Shown: piece after piece, positions 1 through 7,200 of the stretch | Numbering within the stretch: the first letter of the stretch is position 1 | How the letters are laid out: each line of letters begins with the position of its first letter | Virus record (IMG/VR): IMGVR_UViG_2706796752_000001 | Span: 32,001 to 96,000 of that record | Strand: one strand, 5' to 3' | DNA length: 64,000 nt | From: a virus | Lineage: Duplodnaviria; Caudoviricetes | Translations under genes and position numbers: made by a program | Notes under the pieces: generated by a model | Databases searched by the model: none | What the model saw: the letters and a program-made list of their open reading frames with translations, nothing else | Told to the model about the DNA's origin: nothing

Positions 1-79
1 ATGCGTACTACTTATTATAGACAGTCACCGTTATGACAGTCCTAGTAATTAGTACAACAACCCCTCTGGTTATTTTTTT

Positions 80-118
80 CCCTACTATTAGTCCGGTAAA
101 CTATGGTAGGGTTTTTTT
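80..118 (+). terminator. Intrinsic terminator of the gene upstream of the window
   Basis: CCCTACTA...TGGTAGGG stem followed by T7. Confidence 0.7.
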
Positions 119-130
119 ATGTCCACTTTC

Positions 131-140
131 TGCTATATTA
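131..140 (+). promoter_or_regulatory. Late-type promoter motif TGCTATATTA
   Basis: Same decamer recurs upstream of structural genes (3298, 5116, 19580, 31656) with no TTGACA -35. Confidence 0.65.
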
Positions 141-178
141 GTAAGTGGTAAGACTAAAACTATTTAAGGGGGCAATAC

Positions 179-1015
179 ATGATATATGTGAAGGATTTTA
201 GTGGGATTACTGAGGCTGTTAAGATACAGAATGCCATCAATGCAGCAGCCGTAGCAACATCTTCATCAAAGACTGTCATGCTAGAAGAGAAAGATTATTA
301 CCTAGAGTCATCTCTTACTTTGTTAAATGATGTAGAGTTACTGTTTGGCTATCGTTCAAGATTAGTTATTGGCGGTAATTTCCCTGTACTACTAATAGGG
401 CGCAACGCCTCTGTTACAAATCCATTCATAGCTATTGATGCTCCAACTTTCGATTCACCCGTATTTTACCTTGATGGTAAAAATAAATATTACAATACAT
501 GGAATAAGACATCTATAAAAGATGGTGTCGTTCTCAACTGGACAGGTTCTCATAAAGGTGTTGGTATCCGATTCTACTCTGGAGGAACTGACCATGAGAT
601 TTCATTCGTAGATACATCAAACATCAAACTAGTAGGTTTAAGAAAAGGTATTGAACTAGAAGCTAAAGCTCCAGCTACCGGAATGGCTTGGGTGAACGCA
701 AATCGTTTCGATAAGATATCAATTGAAGACTGTGTAGAAATGATTACGATTGACAGCAGTGAGACAATCCCGAACGAATGTAGTGGTAATACTTTCTCCA
801 ATCTTCAACTACAGCCATCTACCGCAACAACAAAAGTTTTAAAAGTAAGTGGACAGCATAACCGATTCGATGGTATGCTTTGGGATATCTCTTTAATACC
901 TACATCTAAGTTTGTAGATATTACAGCGAATAGCTCCTTTACAAAGATAGACTTTAACCGTTCCCTGCCTAGTACGAAAGTACAAGATAATGGAGCAAGT
1001 ACAATTTTACTTTAA
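179..1015 (+). CDS. Pectin-lyase-like right-handed beta-helix protein (possible polysaccharide depolymerase)
   Basis: N-terminal YVKDFSG..EAVKIQNAINAA motif typical of pectate_lyase_3-like folds; N/I/S-rich beta-helix periodicity; SD AAGGGGG. Confidence 0.6.
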   Translation: MIYVKDFSGITEAVKIQNAINAAAVATSSSKTVMLEEKDYYLESSLTLLNDVELLFGYRSRLVIGGNFPVLLIGRNASVTNPFIAIDAPTFDSPVFYLDGKNKYYNTWNKTSIKDGVVLNWTGSHKGVGIRFYSGGTDHEISFVDTSNIKLVGLRKGIELEAKAPATGMAWVNANRFDKISIEDCVEMITIDSSETIPNECSGNTFSNLQLQPSTATTKVLKVSGQHNRFDGMLWDISLIPTSKFVDITANSSFTKIDFNRSLPSTKVQDNGASTILL

Positions 1016-1074
1016 CACGATTTCCACCGAAGGAAGGCACGGTAAAGCCCTAAACCAAATATTCCATTTTCGGG

Positions 1075-1106
1075 ATGAGCATAGCTACACGCTGTGCTCA
1101 TTTTTT
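1075..1106 (+). terminator. Intrinsic terminator
   Basis: ATGAGCATAGC / GCTGTGCTCAT 11-bp stem plus T tract. Confidence 0.85.
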
Positions 1107-1195
1107 ATGTCCACAAACCATACATAATCTTATAGAATGCTATAATTAATAAATACGAGTAACCATTATATTATACAAGATAGAGGTGTAACCAT

Positions 1196-1465
1196 TTGTC
1201 AATTCATATAACTGATGCAAAATGGAAGACAGCTAAAACTTTATTATCTCGCGGTTATTCTTGGATTGAAGTAGTTACGTATTATAAACTATTAGGCGGT
1301 AAACAAGTTACCGTTTATATATTCCTAGAAAATAACCGATATAAACTTTTAGGATTGTCAGACGATGATGAGTCTAAAGTTAAACTAGAAGATAGTTTAG
1401 GGGAAGTTGTTTTATCTGATTACTACGATGTAAAGAACGCTAGGAAGATTTTTAGTAGCGAATAA
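1196..1465 (+). CDS. Hypothetical protein upstream of portal
   Basis: 89-aa ORF, TTG start after AGAGGTG SD. Confidence 0.7.
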   Translation: MSIHITDAKWKTAKTLLSRGYSWIEVVTYYKLLGGKQVTVYIFLENNRYKLLGLSDDDESKVKLEDSLGEVVLSDYYDVKNARKIFSSE

Positions 1466-1484
1466 TAGAAAAGGTGGAAAATAG

Positions 1485-3176
1485 ATGAATCCGTTTAAGT
1501 GGTTTAGAAAGAAGAAGCCAACCACATTGTCAAAGATGGATATTTTAAATCCGGAAGACATGGGTGAATTCTCAGTCATGATTAACGGACTAGAGCAAGA
1601 AGTGGTATCTAAATCTGGAGACAAAAAAGATATAGGTAGAACGAAAGGTTATGAAGAGCCCTACCTAACATCGATGACTGTCAACCCAGATTATAAAGAA
1701 GCACCGTCAAGAGATGGAGATTACCGATTACTAGATACACTTAAGTTATGGTCCAGAAAGAATATTATCGTCAACGCTATCATAAACACACGTGTCAATC
1801 AGGTATCGATGTTCTGTACCCCATCGCGATACTCAACTAAAGGGGTAGGATACGAGGTTCGCCTTAAGGACCCGTTAAAGAACCCTAGCAAGGCGGAGGA
1901 AGCCAAGATTAAAGAGATTGAGACTTTCCTAGAGTACACGGGCGTAGACAACGGAGACTTGACGAGAGACACGTTTAGAACGTTCATTAAGAAGATAACA
2001 CGTGACAGATTAATTTACGATAAGGTTAACTTCGAATTAATCTACAACAAAGAAAAGCAGTTAGCTAGATTTGCTGCACGTGATGCTTCTACCATTTATA
2101 CCGCTGTAGATTCACAGGGTAAGTTACCTAAAGGTAAAGATGCTTACAAATACGTACAGATTATCGATAGCCAAAAGGTAGCATCATTCAAGTCTAACGA
2201 GATGGCTTGGGAGGTGCACAACCCGAGGACCGACATCACAGTTGGTAGATACGGTTATAGCGAGCTAGAGATATGCTTACAGCATCTTCAGTATCATGAG
2301 AATACCGAACTATTTAATGCTCGTTACTTCGCGCAGGGCGGGACGACAAGGGGCTTATTACACATTAAAACAGGACAAGAACAATCACGTTCTGCATTAC
2401 AGTCATTCCGTCGTGAATGGCAATCAATGTTCTCTGGTGTAAATGGAGCTTGGAAGATTCCAGTTGTATCTGCTGAAGATGTAAACTTCATCAATATGAC
2501 TCAGTCGTCTAAAGATATGGAATTCGAAAGATGGTTAAACTACCTTATCAACGTTATGTGTAGTATTTTCGCAATCGACCCATCTGAGATTAACTTCCCT
2601 AACCGAGGCGGAGCTACAGGGTCATCAGGTAGCTCATTAAACGAAACATCTGCTAAGGAGAAGAATCGTATCTCTCGTGACAAAGGTTTAGAGCCATTGC
2701 TTAAATTTATCGAGGATACAATCAACAAATACATCATCAAACAATTCGGTGATGAGTACCTATTCCAATTCGTAGGCGGAGACGCTGCTACAGAGAAAGA
2801 AGCGCTAGAGTTACTAGAACTTCGTACTCAAGTTGGGCTAACGTTCAACGAGGCAAGAGCTATCTTAGGATACGGCGCAATCGAAGGCGGAGATGTAATC
2901 AACAGTCCATACCATGTTCAGTCTAAAGGTCAAATCATGCAAGAGAAAATGATTGCCCAGCAGCAAGCAGCTGAAGGTCAGTCAGATGACAAACAGATGT
3001 CCGAGATGAAGCAGCAAGGTATGAATGGTAAGTCTGATGCCGTTAACGGTAATGCAGGAAAACCTAAGCAAGATGGACAAGTGAAGGGCGTTAAATCCGG
3101 AACTGCCATGAAGCAGGGTGGTAAGAGTGAGAATAAGGCAACAGTAAATGAAGATGCAAAGCGAGGTAAGAAATAA
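1485..3176 (+). CDS. Portal protein
   Basis: 563 aa; portal motifs (YGYSELE, NARYFAQGG, WQSMFSGVNGAWKIP, KDMEFERW, DPSEINF); precedes protease and capsid. Confidence 0.95.
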   Translation: MNPFKWFRKKKPTTLSKMDILNPEDMGEFSVMINGLEQEVVSKSGDKKDIGRTKGYEEPYLTSMTVNPDYKEAPSRDGDYRLLDTLKLWSRKNIIVNAIINTRVNQVSMFCTPSRYSTKGVGYEVRLKDPLKNPSKAEEAKIKEIETFLEYTGVDNGDLTRDTFRTFIKKITRDRLIYDKVNFELIYNKEKQLARFAARDASTIYTAVDSQGKLPKGKDAYKYVQIIDSQKVASFKSNEMAWEVHNPRTDITVGRYGYSELEICLQHLQYHENTELFNARYFAQGGTTRGLLHIKTGQEQSRSALQSFRREWQSMFSGVNGAWKIPVVSAEDVNFINMTQSSKDMEFERWLNYLINVMCSIFAIDPSEINFPNRGGATGSSGSSLNETSAKEKNRISRDKGLEPLLKFIEDTINKYIIKQFGDEYLFQFVGGDAATEKEALELLELRTQVGLTFNEARAILGYGAIEGGDVINSPYHVQSKGQIMQEKMIAQQQAAEGQSDDKQMSEMKQQGMNGKSDAVNGNAGKPKQDGQVKGVKSGTAMKQGGKSENKATVNEDAKRGKK

Positions 3177-3274
3177 TGCGCGATAACGCTTTTGAGTTTT
3201 TCATTACTATAGCTGCCGGACTTTATTACCTCGTGTGGGATATTAAAGACAAAGTTGTCGGAATTTTTAGATAA
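3176..3274 (+). CDS. Small hydrophobic protein, 32 aa (MRDNAFEFFITIAAGLYYLVWDIKDKVVGIFR), not in the ORF track
   Basis: ATG overlaps the portal stop (TAATG); GAGGT SD 8 nt upstream; hydrophobic core. Confidence 0.5.
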   Translation: MRDNAFEFFITIAAGLYYLVWDIKDKVVGIFR

Positions 3275-3297
3275 AACTCCAAACAAAGAGGTACTTT

Positions 3298-3307
3298 TGC
3301 TATATTA
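3298..3307 (+). promoter_or_regulatory. Late-type promoter motif TGCTATATTA
   Basis: Motif 30 nt upstream of the protease start. Confidence 0.7.
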
Positions 3308-3337
3308 AGGGAAGTACCTCTAGAAAGGAGACGAGAG

Positions 3338-4144
3338 ATGCAAACACTAGTTGACAAACACACAGGAGCATTTACCATGTTCGTTCCGATTGATATCGAA
3401 GAATCTATTAAAAAGAACGACGACTCTCCTGATGAGCGCTCTTGGTATCTACGTGGATACGCGACAACACAACACTTAGATAGACAAGACGATATTGTGG
3501 ACCCTAAAGGAATCGATATCTCCTACTTTATGAATCACGGATACATTAACTATGAACATAAGCAAGGAGACTTTTACAAAGTAGGCGTCCCGACAGATGG
3601 AACATACATCGATGAAGAAATCGGATTGTATGTAGAATGTAAATTATACAAAGAGAACCCATACGCTAAAAGCATGTGGGACTTAGCAAATAACATTAAA
3701 ACTTCTGGGGTACCTAGAACACTAGGATTCTCAGTTGAGGGATTCTGTCTAGCGCGTGACCCAGACGACCCTCGCATTATGCGTAAGCTACGTGTTACTA
3801 ATGTGGCAGTAACGACAAACCCAGCTAACCCTAACGCGGTATGGGAGCACTTCGCTAAATCGTTTACAGCAGGTTACGCAATTACACCGGAAGATTCTAT
3901 CAATGCAGGTGCACTAAGTCCAGAACAATTCGCTAGAAGTCTTTACAATTTAACGTGGACGTTGAAAGGTAAGTCGGATAAAGAATTTAAGGACGTATGG
4001 AGCAAGATTGGTAGACACTTAGATGACATGGGAAGAAATAAACCAGAAAGTGCAGTTCTATTTTTACAGCTATCAAAAGGCATGTCGAGAGATGAAGCCT
4101 TAGAAACAGTCAAAAATAAAATGTTAAAGGAGACTATAAAATGA
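3338..4144 (+). CDS. Prohead protease
   Basis: GYATT..LDRQDD, INYEH, LGFSVEG (catalytic Ser), VAVTTNPANP motifs of HK97-type/S78 prohead proteases. Confidence 0.92.
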   Translation: MQTLVDKHTGAFTMFVPIDIEESIKKNDDSPDERSWYLRGYATTQHLDRQDDIVDPKGIDISYFMNHGYINYEHKQGDFYKVGVPTDGTYIDEEIGLYVECKLYKENPYAKSMWDLANNIKTSGVPRTLGFSVEGFCLARDPDDPRIMRKLRVTNVAVTTNPANPNAVWEHFAKSFTAGYAITPEDSINAGALSPEQFARSLYNLTWTLKGKSDKEFKDVWSKIGRHLDDMGRNKPESAVLFLQLSKGMSRDEALETVKNKMLKETIK

Positions 4145-5094
4145 CAGTATCGATTGAAGGATTAAACAAGGAACTTGAAGAGGTAACGAAGTCTATGGAA
4201 TTAGCCCAAACAGAGGTAGTTGTTCCAGACCCAGTTAAAGTTGAGGAGGAAGTCGAAGTGAAAGAAGAAGAAAAGGTTGAAGAAGTAGAGAAGGATAAGA
4301 AAAAAGAGGAAGAGGTTAAGGAAGAAAAAGAAGAGGAAGTTGTAGAAAAATCTGCTAAGAAAGAAGACAAGAAAGACGAGAAAGAAAAAGATAAGGAGAA
4401 GGAGGAAGTTGAAAAGTCGGACGAGGAAGATGAAAAAGAAGATGTAGAGAAATCCGACGAAGAAGATGAGGACAAAGAGAAAGAAAAGAAAGAGAAAAAA
4501 GATGAGAAGGTAGCCAAGTCTGCTGAAGCTCTACCAGTTGGTTCAGAGTTTATTACGTTCCTAGAATCAGTTGTCAAGTCTACTACAGCCGTTGCTAAGA
4601 ATCAAGAGAACGTAGCAGAGCGATTAGAGCGTATTGAGAAATCTGTGCTACCAATGATTGAGAATATCGCTAAGCACTTTGAAGAGTTAAAAGCTAAAGA
4701 GGTGCAAGAAGCTGAAGTTGTTGAAGAAGTTAAAGAAGACGAAGGTAAAGTAGAACTAGACGTTCCCGAAACCAAAGTAGAAGAGGAAGTTGTAGTTGTT
4801 CCAGAAGCTGTTGCTAAATCAGCTAATGAAGACGAAGACTTAGATGGCAAAGGCGTAGAGTATATTGAGAAATCTGCTAACGCTCCAGAAGCTGCTGAGG
4901 TAGAAGAGGAAGTTGAAGAAGTAGTATTTAAGGCTGCTGACCATGTAGGCGCTGTAATCGATTATGTTCACGCAGGTAAAGCAAACCCTACAGAAAAAGG
5001 TTTCTTATTCGGAGTAGTTAACCGTGTTAAGGGCGGTTATGCAAGTGACCGAGATGTAGCCGCTGTTAAAGCAATTGTAGATGGTCGCTACTAA
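4141..5094 (+). CDS. Acidic E/K-rich scaffold-like head protein
   Basis: Low-complexity E/K-rich; lies between protease and capsid; many x-K-S motifs like the capsid cleavage site. Confidence 0.7.
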   Translation: MTVSIEGLNKELEEVTKSMELAQTEVVVPDPVKVEEEVEVKEEEKVEEVEKDKKKEEEVKEEKEEEVVEKSAKKEDKKDEKEKDKEKEEVEKSDEEDEKEDVEKSDEEDEDKEKEKKEKKDEKVAKSAEALPVGSEFITFLESVVKSTTAVAKNQENVAERLERIEKSVLPMIENIAKHFEELKAKEVQEAEVVEEVKEDEGKVELDVPETKVEEEVVVVPEAVAKSANEDEDLDGKGVEYIEKSANAPEAAEVEEEVEEVVFKAADHVGAVIDYVHAGKANPTEKGFLFGVVNRVKGGYASDRDVAAVKAIVDGRY

Positions 5095-5115
5095 TTAGAA
5101 ACAGGTAGTATTAAG

Positions 5116-5125
5116 TGTTATATTA
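5116..5125 (+). promoter_or_regulatory. Late-type promoter TGTTATATTA for the capsid gene (second copy TGATATACTA at 5176-5185)
   Basis: Motif match upstream of the major capsid gene. Confidence 0.7.
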
Positions 5126-5260
5126 AGTACAGAAGAGGTTGTAGCGGACTCCTCCTAAGCTACTTCCTCTTGTTATGATATACTAGTTTTATAGTGAGGA
5201 AACAGAATTTTTAGAATATTGTGAATAAAACATAAACCACTTTGAAAGGAAGATAAAATA

Positions 5261-6694
5261 ATGACTGAAGTAAAAGTAGAAAAAGAAAAAGAGGTTAAGT
5301 TGCCTGAGCAAGCTGAAGCCCAGTTAGCTGAGATTGTAAGCAAATCGTTTACAACTGGTACAGGTATCACGCCAGATACGCAACAAAATGCAGCTGCGTT
5401 ACGCCGTGAGTTACTAGAAGACCAAGTGAAAATGCTTGCTTTCGACAATGCAGACTTCACGATTTATCCAATGATTAATAAGCAACAAGTAAATTCAACT
5501 GTTGCGAAGTATGCAGTATTTAATCAACATGGTCGAACAGGTCATTCTCGTTTCGTGCGTGAGGTAGGGGTAGCTAGTATCAACGACCCTAACATCCGCC
5601 AAAAGACAGTACAGATGAAGTTCTTATCTGACACTAAACAACAATCTATCGCAGCAGGTCTTGTGAACAACATCGCTGACCCAATGTCAATCTTGACAGA
5701 AGATGCAATCTCTGTTATTGCAAAATCTATCGAGTGGGGTATTTTTTACGGAGATGCAGCATTATCAGCTGAAGATGATAGTCAAGCAGGTTTAGAGTTT
5801 GATGGATTAGGTAAATTAATTGACAAGGATACAAACGTAATTGACTTAGCTGGTAAACGTTTAACTGAAGAAGTTTTAAACAAAGCAGCAGTTATCGTTG
5901 GTAAAGGTTACGGTCGCGCTACAGATGCGTTTATGCCGATTGGGGTGCAAGCGGACTTCACTAACAATCTATTAGACCGTCAACGTGTAATTCAACCGTC
6001 ACAAGCTGGTGGATTCTCTACTGGATTCTCTATCAATCAATTCTTATCTACACGTGGTGCTATCACACTTCACGGTTCAACAATCATGGAGAATGATAAT
6101 ATCTTAGTAGAAGGTCGTATGATTGAGCCTAACGCTCCTCAAGCTCCAGCATCAGTTGTAGCTACAGTTGCAAAAGGTAAAGGTAAATTCCGTCCGGAAG
6201 ATATCAAAGAGCAAGCTTACAAAGTTGTAGTTCACTCTGACGATGCAGAATCATTACCATCTCAAGAAGTTATTGCTACAGTTGCAGAAGCTGCGAGCGA
6301 AGTTAAGTTAACTGTTAAACTAGCTAACTTATACCAAGCATCACCACAGTTCATCTCTGTATACCGTCGTGGTAACGAAACAGGTCACTACTTCTTAATC
6401 GCTCGTTTCCCAGTTTCAAAGCGTAACGACCAAGATGAGTTAGTAGTAATCGACCGAAATGAAACAATCCCAGAAACAACTGATGTGTTTGTTGGTGAGA
6501 TGACTCCACAAGTTCTTAGCTTACTAGAGTTACTTCCAATGATGAAGTTACCACTTGCTCAAATGAATGCTACAACTACGTTCACAGTCCTTTGGTACGG
6601 CGCTTTAGCTCTTTACGCTCCGAAGAAATGGGTTCGTATCCGTAACGTTCAATACATCCCAGCTTTAGCTGCTGATGTAACTTACCGTCCTTAA
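5261..6694 (+). CDS. Major capsid protein precursor
   Basis: 477 aa; KSFTTG N-terminus, AKSIEWGIFYGD and LWYGALALYAPKKW motifs as in Herelleviridae (K/A511/Twort) capsids. Confidence 0.97.
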   Translation: MTEVKVEKEKEVKLPEQAEAQLAEIVSKSFTTGTGITPDTQQNAAALRRELLEDQVKMLAFDNADFTIYPMINKQQVNSTVAKYAVFNQHGRTGHSRFVREVGVASINDPNIRQKTVQMKFLSDTKQQSIAAGLVNNIADPMSILTEDAISVIAKSIEWGIFYGDAALSAEDDSQAGLEFDGLGKLIDKDTNVIDLAGKRLTEEVLNKAAVIVGKGYGRATDAFMPIGVQADFTNNLLDRQRVIQPSQAGGFSTGFSINQFLSTRGAITLHGSTIMENDNILVEGRMIEPNAPQAPASVVATVAKGKGKFRPEDIKEQAYKVVVHSDDAESLPSQEVIATVAEAASEVKLTVKLANLYQASPQFISVYRRGNETGHYFLIARFPVSKRNDQDELVVIDRNETIPETTDVFVGEMTPQVLSLLELLPMMKLPLAQMNATTTFTVLWYGALALYAPKKWVRIRNVQYIPALAADVTYRP

Positions 6695-6900
6695 TCGGAT
6701 GGTAAGCTCCCGCTTGGGGGAGTAGAAAGATACCACGAGGCGTGTGAGTTAACGGTTACGTTGCTCACCTAAATAATGATAAGGCATAGTGCCAATTTCT
6801 AAATAACTAGTAAACCTACGAGTGTGTTATAGTACACCAAACGAAACCGGAACTAGTTATCTAAGAAACTAATTGAATAGTTCGATGACAATTGAATAAC
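6681..6900 (+). ncRNA. Putative structured non-coding RNA / 3' UTR element after the capsid gene
   Basis: Five or more adjacent hairpins plus a long 6796-6868 stem in a 270-nt gap without a credible ORF; G-U pairs favour the + strand. Confidence 0.55.
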
Positions 6901-6908
6901 AACTAAAT

Positions 6909-6935
6909 AGGAGCAGATAAATTTCTGCTCCTTTT
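6909..6935 (+). terminator. Capsid transcript terminator
   Basis: AGGAGCAGA / TCTGCTCCT stem plus TTTT. Confidence 0.85.
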
Positions 6936-6963
6936 ATTATATCTAAACTAGGAGGAAATGTAA

Positions 6964-7188
6964 ATGTTAAAAAGTATTTTTTATGGTGATTACACAACGG
7001 CAACTATTTTCGGTGATGTCTACTTCGATAAGGATGGTATCGCACAAGGCTTGACATTAGAACAGGAACGTGCATTATCCGCCGTAGCAGATTACAAGTT
7101 TACAGAACCAGAACCTGAGAAGCCTAAGGCTCCAGCTAAACCGAAGACACCACCTAAAGCTAAAGCTGCACCTAAAGAAGAAAAATAA
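6964..7188 (+). CDS. Small virion-associated protein with P/K/A-rich tail
   Basis: SD AGGAGG; position directly after capsid. Confidence 0.75.
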   Translation: MLKSIFYGDYTTATIFGDVYFDKDGIAQGLTLEQERALSAVADYKFTEPEPEKPKAPAKPKTPPKAKAAPKEEK

Positions 7189-7200
7189 GGAGGTATTGAT

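Noticed and set aside
1030-1060. c-di-GMP-I riboswitch or pistol ribozyme (AAAGCC..CTAAACC / AAGCCCTAA)
   Set aside because: Required partners (GGCAAACC..GAAA stem, or TTAGGGC) are absent.
4134-4850. Ser/Phe-rich minus-strand ORFs, and the other minus-strand ORFs in the track
   Set aside because: Antisense shadows of + strand genes with no SD or promoter support.
6672-6848. Hammerhead ribozyme (CTGATG at 6672, CGAAAC at 6842)
   Set aside because: CUGAUGA is incomplete and the two motifs do not flank a common stem II.
6692-6900. Group I intron at the capsid 3' end (starts with TAA, P1-like hairpin)
   Set aside because: The hairpin has no exon-U:G pair at the would-be splice site, and I found no P7 (GACUA/UAGUC) or P4 core.
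6689-6966. T4 gene 60-like translational bypass from capsid into ORF 6964
   Set aside because: Downstream CCT codons lead quickly to stops; ORF 6964 has an in-frame TAA just before its ATG, its own SD, and a terminator upstream.
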